NCBI GenBank assembly: GCA_963727525.1
Contig: CAVSGO010000005.1
Coordinates: forward strand, 640,001-704,000
DNA length: 64,000 nt
Direction: 5' to 3'
Origin: an uncultured bacterium
GTDB taxonomy: Bacteria; Krumholzibacteriota; Krumholzibacteriia; LZORAL124-64-63
Position numbers and translations under genes: made by a program. The number at the start of each line of letters is the position of its first letter. Position 1 is the first letter of the stretch. Positions 9,618-20,645 of the stretch are shown here, in pieces. The notes beneath the pieces are model-generated. The model ran no database searches, had not been told where the DNA came from, and was given only the letters and a program-made list of their open reading frames with translations.

Positions 9618-10307
9618 ATGAACAAATTTGCTCATGGGATGATGTTCGTCGGACTTTGCAGCCTCACGGCACTGGCCAGCGCCAGCGACCAGCCGCTGCG
9701 CATCAGCCAGGTCTACGGCGCCGGCGGCAACAGTGGCGCGATCTACAACCAGGACTACATCGAGCTGTTCAACATGTCGGGCGACGACGTGGACATCAGC
9801 GGCTGGTCACTCCAGTACGGCTCGGCGTCGGGCGACAACGCGACGGGATTCGGCACCTGCTCCAATTGCACGGTCGTGTTGCCGGAGGGGTCCATCGTGG
9901 CATCCTGCGGCTACTTCCTCGTCGGCATGGCGACAGGTACGAACGGCAGCGCCCTGCCGACCCTCGACGCGAGCGGCGCCATGAACATGAGCGGGTCGAG
10001 CGGCAAGGTCGCCCTGCTCAGCACCGACCTGGCCGCCGGCGCTTGCCCGCCCGGAAGCCCGGACCTGGTGGATCTCGTGGGATACGGCAGCGCAAACTGT
10101 TTCGAGAACGCGCCGGCGCCGGGCCTGAGCGCATCCACGGCGGCGTTCCGGGGGACCGGAGGCGTCGCGGACACCGACGACAACGCCGCCGATTTCGCAA
10201 TCGACGTTCCCGCACCGCGTAACAGCGCCACCGAGACCAATCCGAGCTGTGTCACGGTATCGGCGCAGCCCGCGACCTGGGGTACGCTGAAGGCGATGTA
10301 TCGTTGA
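9618..10307 (+). CDS. Secreted lamin-tail-domain protein with C-terminal TWGTLKAMYR tail
   Basis: Signal peptide; ISQVYGAGGNSGA..DYIELFN..DISGWSLQY; GGAG RBS. Confidence 0.85.
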   Translation: MNKFAHGMMFVGLCSLTALASASDQPLRISQVYGAGGNSGAIYNQDYIELFNMSGDDVDISGWSLQYGSASGDNATGFGTCSNCTVVLPEGSIVASCGYFLVGMATGTNGSALPTLDASGAMNMSGSSGKVALLSTDLAAGACPPGSPDLVDLVGYGSANCFENAPAPGLSASTAAFRGTGGVADTDDNAADFAIDVPAPRNSATETNPSCVTVSAQPATWGTLKAMYR

Positions 10308-10322
10308 ACGCGGTCCCGATTC

Positions 10323-10356
10323 CACGAGGCCCCGCCGGCGACGACGGGGCCTCGTG
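10323..10356. terminator. Inverted repeat between convergent genes, probable terminator
   Basis: cacgaggccccg ... cggggcctcgtg, 12-bp stem. Confidence 0.6.
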
Positions 10357-10382
10357 TTCGTGTCGGGTTGCGCAGCCGCGTC

Positions 10383-12800
<2,418 letters not shown>

Positions 12801-12891
12801 GGCGTCCTCGTCCTTGGGCTCGGTTTCTGCGAGGGGTGCAGGTAGGGGGGAATAATAAGGTCTGGTCTGGAAAAGACAATGGCCGTGCGGG

Positions 12892-13998
12892 CTAGAAGGC
12901 CTCGCCGAAGTTGACGTAGAAGCCCGCGTCGCCGCGTCCGAACCCGAAGTCGAAGCGCAGGTTGGAACGGTCCGCCTCGCCTCCCACGCGCACGCGCAGG
13001 CCGAAACCGGCCGCCGGCCGCACCTCGCGCAGACGCAGCGCGTCCCAGCCATCGCCCACTTCCGCGGCCCCCGCGAAGACGACGGCGCCGAGGCGCCCCC
13101 GCAGCACGGTGCGTAGCTCCGCCTGGACGAGGGCCACGTGGGTGGTGAGGTAGCGGGTCTCGTAGTAGCCGCGCAGGCCGATGCGCTGGAGCTGATAGAA
13201 GGGCGCCGTGCCCGCCCCGAGAACCGAGACGAGCACCTGGCAGGCCACCACCCGCGTACCGCCGAGCGAGAGGAAGCGTCGCAGATCGAGGGTGGTGCGG
13301 GTGTAGGCGAAGTCGCTGCCCAGCCCCGGAGCATAGCGTGAGACGCCGAGTTGGTGCAGCCAGCCGCGGGTGGGATAGAAGAGGGCATCGCGGGTGTCGT
13401 AGGTGAGCACGGCGCCCACGCCCACCAGCGTCCCCCCATCCGCACCGGTGACGGCGCCGCTGCGCAGGAACGAGCTTTCCCCCGTGCCGGTGATGCGCAC
13501 ATGCTCCCACTCCAGGCGCGCCCCCAGGTACAGGCCGCGCGCGAGTGCGCGGCTCACGGTGACGTCCGCGCGCGGGTAGTGCGGCGTGAGGGTCTCCTCG
13601 TCGGCCTCGCGCGTATCGTCGCCGAGCCCGTAGAACCTGGTCGGGAACTTCAGGTACCCGACCATGCCGGCAGCATGCCAGGTGTCGTCATGCCACCAGA
13701 CGTCGCCGGCGATGAGGGCCATGAGCTGGTCGGCGGTGGTGACGATGATCGTGGGATTGAAGGTGCTGGGTCGGCGCGCGGGGTCGTCCGAGAGACGCAG
13801 GTAGAACCCGGTGGAGGCTCCGAAGGCCAGCTCCGTCTCCGGCGAATAGGCGAGCACCGGCAACACGTAGAGCAGGCCGCTGCGAGGCGGCGGCGAGCCT
13901 GGCTCCCCGCCGACCAGGGAATCGACGTCCGCGACCTGGGCGAAAGCGGGAGGCGCGAGCAACCCGAGAACGACGAGATGCAAGACGCGAACGCGCAT
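12892..13998 (-). CDS. BamA/TamA (Omp85) family outer-membrane barrel without POTRA domains
   Basis: Signal peptide; LRGY motif; [26 protein letters not shown]-terminus. Confidence 0.85.
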   Translation of the reverse strand: MRVRVLHLVVLGLLAPPAFAQVADVDSLVGGEPGSPPPRSGLLYVLPVLAYSPETELAFGASTGFYLRLSDDPARRPSTFNPTIIVTTADQLMALIAGDVWWHDDTWHAAGMVGYLKFPTRFYGLGDDTREADEETLTPHYPRADVTVSRALARGLYLGARLEWEHVRITGTGESSFLRSGAVTGADGGTLVGVGAVLTYDTRDALFYPTRGWLHQLGVSRYAPGLGSDFAYTRTTLDLRRFLSLGGTRVVACQVLVSVLGAGTAPFYQLQRIGLRGYYETRYLTTHVALVQAELRTVLRGRLGAVVFAGAAEVGDGWDALRLREVRPAAGFGLRVRVGGEADRSNLRFDFGFGRGDAGFYVNFGEAF

Positions 13999-14068
13999 AA
14001 GCCCATCCCGGTGTCGTGCGTATCAGCGGCGACGCGCCGCGGCTGCTGCCATCACGGCCTGCAGGCCA

Positions 14069-14959
14069 TCAGAACACGCTCACCTTGAAGAATGCCTTGG
14101 GATTGCGGCGCATCTGGTCGAGCAGGCGATCGAGCGACTGCAGCGTGGAGTCGGCCTGGTCATACAGGGCTTCGTCGGTGAGCAGACGCCCCGCCGAACC
14201 CTCGCCCGCCTCCAGGCGCTTCAGGATGGTGGAGCTGGTGCGCGAGAGCGTGACCAGCTCGGCCATCGCCGAATCGAGATGGGCCGTCGCCTGGCGCGTG
14301 GACACGAGGGTGCTGTCGAGCTTGCCATCGCCCAAGGCCAGGGAGAGCGACTCCGTCAGGTCCACGACGTTTCCCAGCGCGTCGCGTAGCCGGGAGCGAT
14401 TCTCCTTCACCATGCCCTCGACCTCGAGCAGCGTCCGCTGGGCCGTGGCCAGCGTGCCCACGAGGTCACCCTCGGTGCGGAGCTGGCCGATGAAACCGCG
14501 CACCTCCTCCGACAACGACGTCATCTCGTCGAGGGCCTTGTTCACCTTGTCGCCCAGCGCCACGATCGACGCGGCGTTGCGCCCCTGGAATTCGTGACCC
14601 GGAGCCACCGGCGTCCCCGTGCCGGGATCGATCTCCACGACGATCTCACCCACGATGCCCTTCTGCACGAGTGTGACGCTCGCGTCGTCGTGCAGCGCGA
14701 TCCAGCTGTCGAGATCGAAGTGCACCCGCACCTTCTGCGGCATGAAGTCGAAGGCCGTCACCGTACCCGAGCGGATGCCGCGCACCTGGACGCGGTCGCC
14801 CACCTTCAGGCCCTCGACAGCAGTGAAGTCGGCCGTGAACTCGTGCGTACCGCCCTTCAGGTGCATGTTCTTGAAGAACATGAGGCCACCGATCAGGATG
14901 AGCATCGCGACGGTCACCGTGATGCCGACCTGGATCTCTCGCCTTCGCATCTGATCCAT
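14069..14959 (-). CDS. mlaD: MlaD/MCE family protein
   Basis: N-terminal TM, GLKVGDRVQVRGIRSGTV, long helical tail; operon with mlaEF. Confidence 0.88.
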   Translation of the reverse strand: MDQMRRREIQVGITVTVAMLILIGGLMFFKNMHLKGGTHEFTADFTAVEGLKVGDRVQVRGIRSGTVTAFDFMPQKVRVHFDLDSWIALHDDASVTLVQKGIVGEIVVEIDPGTGTPVAPGHEFQGRNAASIVALGDKVNKALDEMTSLSEEVRGFIGQLRTEGDLVGTLATAQRTLLEVEGMVKENRSRLRDALGNVVDLTESLSLALGDGKLDSTLVSTRQATAHLDSAMAELVTLSRTSSTILKRLEAGEGSAGRLLTDEALYDQADSTLQSLDRLLDQMRRNPKAFFKVSVF

Positions 14960-14969
14960 GCGTGACTCC

Positions 14970-15776
14970 TCAGAAGACGCCCAGGGGGCCCTCGGCCCGC
15001 CCTTCGATGAACTGACGGACGGCAGCGTGGTCGGTGTGCTTCACCTCGTCCACGGTGCCGACATATTCGATCTTACCAGCATTGAGCATGGCCATGCGAT
15101 CGGCCACCTTGTATGCACTCTGCATATCGTGCGTCACCACGATCGACGTGACGGAAAGCTCTTGCTGCAGTTTGAGGATCAGGTCGTTGATCGCGTCGCC
15201 CGTGATGGGGTCGAGCCCGGTCGTGGGCTCGTCGTAGAGCATGTACTGCGGCTGCATCGCGATCGCGCGCGCCAGTCCGGCGCGTTTCTTCATGCCGCCC
15301 GACAGCGAGCTGGGCAGCTTGTCCTCGGTACCCTCCAGACCCACCATCTCGAGGCACTCGCAGGCGCGCGCGCGGATGCGGTCGCGGTCCCAGTCGGTGT
15401 GTTCCTTGAGGATGAGGCCGACGTTCTCACAGATGGTCATCGAGTCGAAGAGTGCCGCGCCCTGGAAGAGCATGCCGAAGCGCTTGCGCAGGTCCATCAG
15501 CGACGCGCGGTCGAGCGTGGTAATCTCCACGCCCTCCACCCACACGGATCCCGTATCCGGTTCCAGTAGCCGCACGATGTGCTTCAGGAGCACCGACTTG
15601 CCCTCGCCGCTGCGGCCGATCACCACCATGGTCTCGCCACGGCGGATGGTGAGATCACAGTGTTCGAGCACCTGCTTGGCCCCGAAGTGCTTGCTCAGGC
15701 CCTGTACGGCGATGCCGTCGAAGGAGCCCGGATCGGCGAGCTTGAGGTCGGGAGGCGGCGGAACGGCGGTGCTCAT
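14970..15776 (-). CDS. mlaF: ABC transporter ATPase, MlaF type
   Basis: GRSGEGKS, FQGAALFDS, LSGGMKKR, DEPTTGLDP. Confidence 0.92.
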   Translation of the reverse strand: MSTAVPPPPDLKLADPGSFDGIAVQGLSKHFGAKQVLEHCDLTIRRGETMVVIGRSGEGKSVLLKHIVRLLEPDTGSVWVEGVEITTLDRASLMDLRKRFGMLFQGAALFDSMTICENVGLILKEHTDWDRDRIRARACECLEMVGLEGTEDKLPSSLSGGMKKRAGLARAIAMQPQYMLYDEPTTGLDPITGDAINDLILKLQQELSVTSIVVTHDMQSAYKVADRMAMLNAGKIEYVGTVDEVKHTDHAAVRQFIEGRAEGPLGVF

Positions 15777-16567
15777 TGGGAGCCTCCGAAGATGATCTGC
15801 AGGAAGATCGTACCCAGGACGTAGTCCGCCACGAGCACGCCGAGGCAGGTGGCGACCACGGCCTGCATGGTCGACTTGCCGACACCCTCGGCGCCGCCCT
15901 GCGTGTTGAACCCGTAATAGATCCCACTCATGGCGATGACGCCGCCGAAGAAAAACGTCTTCGCCAGACCGCTGATCACGTCGCCGATGTCGAAGAAGTA
16001 GCGCGAGCCCTCCGCGAATGTCTGCGGGGTCACCTGCAGGGTGATCATCGCCACGACCATGCCACCGAAGATGGCGATGAAGTCGGCGATCGCGGTGACG
16101 ACGGGCATCATCAGCACCGCCGCCACGAAGCGTGGCAGGCCGAGATACTCGATGGGCTCGATGGCCATGATCTCCATGGCGTCGAGCTGTTCCGTCACCT
16201 TCATCGTCCCCAGTTCCGCGGCATAGCTGGCGGCCAGGCGGCTGCCCACGACCAGCGCCGCGAGCACCGGCCCCATCTCCAGGATCACGCTCTTGGTGAT
16301 CACCGTGCCCAGAAACACGAGGGGCACGAAGCCCTCCATCTGGTAGCCGGTCTGCACCGCCGTGATGCCACCCGTGAACACGGCCGTCGTGATCACGAGC
16401 GGCAACGAGCCCACGGCGACGATGTGCATCTGCTCGTAGATCTCGTGGCGCAGCTTCCAGGCCTTGTTCAGATGGCAGACGATGCCGCACAGCATGAGGT
16501 AGCCGTGCCCGATGCTCGCGAGCCCCTCCATGACCATGTGGCCGATGAGCTGAAACAACCTCGTCAT
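15773..16567 (-). CDS. mlaE: ABC transporter permease, MlaE type
   Basis: EMGPVLAAL..AAELGTMKVTEQLDA..GGAEGVG. Confidence 0.93.
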   Translation of the reverse strand: MTRLFQLIGHMVMEGLASIGHGYLMLCGIVCHLNKAWKLRHEIYEQMHIVAVGSLPLVITTAVFTGGITAVQTGYQMEGFVPLVFLGTVITKSVILEMGPVLAALVVGSRLAASYAAELGTMKVTEQLDAMEIMAIEPIEYLGLPRFVAAVLMMPVVTAIADFIAIFGGMVVAMITLQVTPQTFAEGSRYFFDIGDVISGLAKTFFFGGVIAMSGIYYGFNTQGGAEGVGKSTMQAVVATCLGVLVADYVLGTIFLQIIFGGSQ

Positions 16568-16603
16568 GCCGGCTAGCCTATCCTGTCCATCTCGGTTCGT
16601 CCA

Positions 16604-17509
16604 TCAGCCAACCGACGCATCCACGGCCTGAAAGATGCCGCGCAGCGTTTGCCGTGAGAACTGGTCCTCCCGGACCTGGATGTCGGCCGGCAGATCGCGC
16701 CGCAAGGCATAGTGCGGGTCGCCGGCCGCGAGCCGGCCGAGGCAGGCGTCGGCGAGAGCCTGGAACCCGGCGCCCGGCTGGTTGCGGGACACGGTGCGCG
16801 CCGCCGCCAGCCACTGGCAGAGCTGCTCGCGCGCGAAGCGCAGCAATTCCACCACGTGCCCCTCGTGCAGCCCATGGTGGGCGAACGCAATGCGGCGCGG
16901 CACCGGCGTCAGCGCCAGCAGGCGATCCAGCGAGGCGAGCGCGATCTCGGGCACGAAACGCGGTGGCGTGGCGGGGCGCAGATACCAATGGCCCCCCGGC
17001 ATCGCGATGTACGTACCCGCCGCCTCGCCCGCGAAGAGGGTCTCTTCGTGGACGAAGCTCAGATGATGGGGCGCGTGACCGGGCGTATCCACGGTGACGA
17101 TGCCCCGGTCCGCGATCTCGTCGAAGGTGGCCAGGCTCGAGGCCATCACGGGTGCGGGCTCGCCGTAGGCCTCGGCCGTGGCGCCGAGCACCTTCCGCGA
17201 CCCCTCCCACAGCCGGGTCGGCTCCACGATGTGCCGGCGCCCCTTCTCGTGGCACACGACACGGGCTTGCGGATGGGCCGCGAGCACCGCCGCGGTGGCT
17301 CCTGCGTGGTCGAGATGAACATGCGTGAGCAGGATAATGTCGAGTCGGTCCACGCCCAGTTCCCGCAGGCGCGCCAGCAGCACGTCCGCCGTCGACCGCG
17401 GTCCGGGATCGACGAGAAACGTTAGCTCCGGCGACCGCCAGACCCAGCAGCTGATGAACTGGCGCTGGCCCTCGAGGGCGGGCTGGTCGAGATCCACGAG
17501 GTCGAGCAC
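16604..17509 (-). CDS. MBL-fold metallo-hydrolase
   Basis: THVHLDHAG and TPGHAPHH; start set at GTG 17509 (AGGAG upstream); ATG 17566 is an alternative. Confidence 0.88.
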   Translation of the reverse strand: MLDLVDLDQPALEGQRQFISCWVWRSPELTFLVDPGPRSTADVLLARLRELGVDRLDIILLTHVHLDHAGATAAVLAAHPQARVVCHEKGRRHIVEPTRLWEGSRKVLGATAEAYGEPAPVMASSLATFDEIADRGIVTVDTPGHAPHHLSFVHEETLFAGEAAGTYIAMPGGHWYLRPATPPRFVPEIALASLDRLLALTPVPRRIAFAHHGLHEGHVVELLRFAREQLCQWLAAARTVSRNQPGAGFQALADACLGRLAAGDPHYALRRDLPADIQVREDQFSRQTLRGIFQAVDASVG

Positions 17510-17605
17510 GGCCCGGGCGACTCCTGTTTTCGAGGATCGGACGGCGACGCGAGCGTTGGATAACATAAGTTATTTTTCACAGGAGCCAAGGGATTTGCGC
17601 TCATG

Positions 17606-18982
17606 CTAGCGCGCCAGGTCGCTGAACCGCGTGTACTCCTTGTGGAAGTGCAGATCGAACTGGCCGATCGGACCGTTGCGCTGCTTGCCGACGATGACGG
17701 TGGCCAGGTTGTGCAACGACTCGTCGTCGGCGCTGTAGACCTCTTCGCGAAAGATGAAGAGCACCACATCGGCGTCCTGCTCGATCGAGCCCGATTCGCG
17801 CAGGTCGCTGAGCATGGGCCGGTGATCGCTGCGCGACTCGACGGCGCGCGAGAGCTGGCTCAACGCAAGGACCGGCACGTCGAGATCCTTCGCCATGCCC
17901 TTGAGGCCGCGGCTGATCTGCGAGATCTCCTGCTGCCGGTTCTCGATGCGCGCGTTGATCGACATGAGCTGCAGGTAGTCGATGATCACCAGACCCAGGC
18001 CGTGCTGCTGCTGCAGGCGCCGCGCTTTCGACTTCATCTCGAGGACGGTGAGACCGCTCGAGTCGTCGATGAAGATGGGCGCACGGGAGAGCTGGTCGCA
18101 AGCGCGCGTGAGGCGGGGCCAGTCCTCGGCGCGCAGCTTGCCGCGGCGGACGTTGTGCAGGTTGAAGCCGGTGGCGGAGCACAATATGCGCATGACGAGC
18201 TGCTCCTTCGCCATCTCCAGCGAGAAGACGGCAACAGGTTTGCCCTCCTTGGTCGCCACATTGTAGGCGAGGTTCAGGGCGAGGCTCGTCTTGCCCATCG
18301 ATGGACGCGCGGCGAGGATGACCAGGTCGCTGCGCTGCAATCCGCTCGTGTACTGGTCCATCTGGGTGAACCCGGTGCGCAGGCCGGTGACGTCGCTCTT
18401 GCTCTGGAAGGCCTCCTCGATCGACTTGAACGTGCCGGGCAGGACCTCGTCGAGCCCCACGAACTCGGCCTTGCGGCTCTCCTCGCCGATCGCGTACACG
18501 CGGTTCTGGGCCCTGTCGAGGATATCCGCAACGTCGCCGGTACCCTCGAAGGCCTCGTTCGCCGACACGTTTGAGGCGTGGATCAACTCGCGCAGCACGG
18601 ACTTCTCGCGCACGATCTGCGCGTGGTACGTCACGTTGGCCGCGGTGGCCACCATGGACTGCAGATCGACCAGGTAGTCGATACCGCCGGCGTCCTTCAG
18701 TCGGCCATCCTTTTCCAGTTCGCCGCCCACGGTGATCGGATCGATGGCCTGGTCGGCGTCATAGAGCCGGCACATGGCGGCGAAGATGAGGCGGTGCTCC
18801 AGGCGATAGAACTCGGTGCCCTGGAGGACCTCGCCGGCCAGCCCCACGGACTCGCGATCGAGCATCGCGGCGCCGAGGATGGCGCGCTCGGCGTCCTCGT
18901 TGCAGGGCGGTTGACGGTCGCCAGCCAGCGGGCCCGGCTGTCGGCGTTCGCTCGGCGATTGAAACTGGCTGCGTGCTTCCAC
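17606..18982 (-). CDS. dnaB: Replicative DNA helicase
   Basis: AARPSMGKT, IIDYLQL, LSQLSR, DLRESGSIEQDAD; GTG start 18982 with GGAGG. Confidence 0.96.
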   Translation of the reverse strand: MEARSQFQSPSERRQPGPLAGDRQPPCNEDAERAILGAAMLDRESVGLAGEVLQGTEFYRLEHRLIFAAMCRLYDADQAIDPITVGGELEKDGRLKDAGGIDYLVDLQSMVATAANVTYHAQIVREKSVLRELIHASNVSANEAFEGTGDVADILDRAQNRVYAIGEESRKAEFVGLDEVLPGTFKSIEEAFQSKSDVTGLRTGFTQMDQYTSGLQRSDLVILAARPSMGKTSLALNLAYNVATKEGKPVAVFSLEMAKEQLVMRILCSATGFNLHNVRRGKLRAEDWPRLTRACDQLSRAPIFIDDSSGLTVLEMKSKARRLQQQHGLGLVIIDYLQLMSINARIENRQQEISQISRGLKGMAKDLDVPVLALSQLSRAVESRSDHRPMLSDLRESGSIEQDADVVLFIFREEVYSADDESLHNLATVIVGKQRNGPIGQFDLHFHKEYTRFSDLAR

Positions 18983-19093
18983 GTGGTCGGCCTCCGTGCT
19001 GGTGCGAGATCGGGATGACCCGTGACGATAACACAACGCTCATGGGCGCGCCCGGCGGACTTCCCGCTGCCACCAGATTGGCAGGGGACGACC

Positions 19094-19178
19094 GGTGGAT
19101 GACAGAGGGATAGCCTGCGTACAACCTCCGCGAACTGGCGGACAAACCTGTGGACAACGTGGGGATGACGGTGGAAAA
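19094..19178 (-). promoter_or_regulatory. Cluster of same-orientation DnaA-box-like 9-mers upstream of dnaB
   Basis: Minus-strand TCATCCACC, TTGTACGCA, TTGTCCGCC, TTGTCCACA, TCATCCCCA, TTTTCCACC versus consensus TTATCCACA. Confidence 0.55.
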
Positions 19179-19299
19179 CTCGCGCCCGACCGGCCGACGG
19201 CCGCGGCTGCGCGCGGGCAAGGCATTCTGCCGGTTGCCGTTGCCGGGGCGGCCAGACGGGGCCCGGCAGGGGATAACTCCGTCCCAAAGCGAGGCTGCC

Positions 19300-20193
19300 G
19301 TGAATCCCGGATCCTGGCTCGCCGCACTGGCTGCGATCGCCAAGGCCCCCCACCCCCCGCGGCCCTGGCGCGACGGCACCCAGTTGCCGTGGCACGAGCC
19401 GGAGTTCAGCGCGCGAGTGCTTCCCATCCATCTGGATCCCGAGACTCACATGGCCAGCCGGAGCGCAGACGTGGTGTCGCAGCACGTCGCCTGGTTGCGT
19501 CGCGTCGCCACCGACCGCCTGCCCGGCACTCCTGCGCCCCATGTCGTCGACCTCGGCTGCGGCCCCGGCCTCTACTGCCATGCTCTCGCCCGTGCCGGCT
19601 GGCCAACCACCGGCCTCGACTTCTCGCCGGCCGCCCTCGCCCACGCGCGCGCCGTGGCGGACGCCGAGCACCTGAGCTGCGCGTTCCGCCACGCCGATCT
19701 CACAACGTTTCGGCAGGACGATCTCGCCGATCGGCCGGCGGCGGACATCGTCACCTTCTGGTTCGGCGAGTTCCACAGCTTCCGGCCGGCGATCGCGCAG
19801 CGGTTGCTGGACACCGTCGCCGCGATGCTGCGGCCCGGCGGGCTCTTCGTGCTCGAATACCAGCCCTACGGCCTTTTCGAACAGGAGGACGCGCAGGAGT
19901 GGGATGCCCTCGCGAGTTCGGTCTTCTGCGACCGCCCCCACCTCTGGCTCCAGGAACACGCCTGGGACGCCGACGACCAGGCGGAGATCACCGTACACTG
20001 GATCATCGAGGCCGAGACCGGCCGCCTGCAGCGATACGCCCAGTGCCACCAGGCCTACGCCGACGGCATCCTCGAGGACATGCTCGCTGCGGCCGGTCTG
20101 CACGAGGATAGCCGGTACGGCCCCATCACGGGTGTCGATCCGGGTTTCGAGTTTCCGATGCTGATCACGCGACGCGAGGGTGGAGCCGTCTAG
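19300..20193 (+). CDS. Class I SAM-dependent methyltransferase
   Basis: VVDLGCGPG and GLDFS; GTG start with GAGG. Confidence 0.88.
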   Translation: MNPGSWLAALAAIAKAPHPPRPWRDGTQLPWHEPEFSARVLPIHLDPETHMASRSADVVSQHVAWLRRVATDRLPGTPAPHVVDLGCGPGLYCHALARAGWPTTGLDFSPAALAHARAVADAEHLSCAFRHADLTTFRQDDLADRPAADIVTFWFGEFHSFRPAIAQRLLDTVAAMLRPGGLFVLEYQPYGLFEQEDAQEWDALASSVFCDRPHLWLQEHAWDADDQAEITVHWIIEAETGRLQRYAQCHQAYADGILEDMLAAAGLHEDSRYGPITGVDPGFEFPMLITRREGGAV

Positions 20194-20645
20194 CTGGGGG
20201 GCGGAACGGTTTGTCTCCACCCATCGCGTCGGTCGACCGAGAAGCTCCGCGGCGGCGGCACCGCGCGAGGAGATCCTGGATACCCTCGCCCTGGTATTCG
20301 CAATGCCGCCGCCGCGCCCGCCTGCTACACGCGGAGCTACGGCAAAAGGCGTACCAACGTGCGCGACGTTCATGAATCACTCAAGTGACACCATGACAAC
20401 ATGATGCAGGAACCGTCGACAGGGCCCGACCCCAGGACCGTCAACTCCAGGTGACGGCCCCGCGCGACGGATGCGTCAACCGCCTGGGGCACGGGAAGTT
20501 GACGGCGTCGCCTGCGGATGACGGCGGTGGTTGGTCCCACCGCTCTGAGTCCGTAACGTCAACCGGGGACGTCAGCATGTCCCCCGGGATCCTGCCGCGG
20601 ACCCGGATGCGGTCCGCCTCGGTTTTTCGCCAATGGGGGTCGACC

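Noticed and set aside
12801-13502. Long N-terminal extension of LeuS; similar extensions on mlaF, HD-GYP, the GT gene and the last gene
   Set aside because: They overlap real upstream genes in other frames; internal starts give normal protein lengths
19040-19300. oriC
   Set aside because: DnaA-like boxes are present but there is no AT-rich unwinding element and no dnaA/dnaN; kept only as a regulatory cluster
20341-20372. GGCAAA...GACG resembling a c-di-GMP-I riboswitch
   Set aside because: No GAAA-capped P2 stem and no GCAAAGC after GACG
20400-20600. Mini CRISPR array
   Set aside because: Repeats are about 13 bp, degenerate and irregularly spaced; no cas genes in the window
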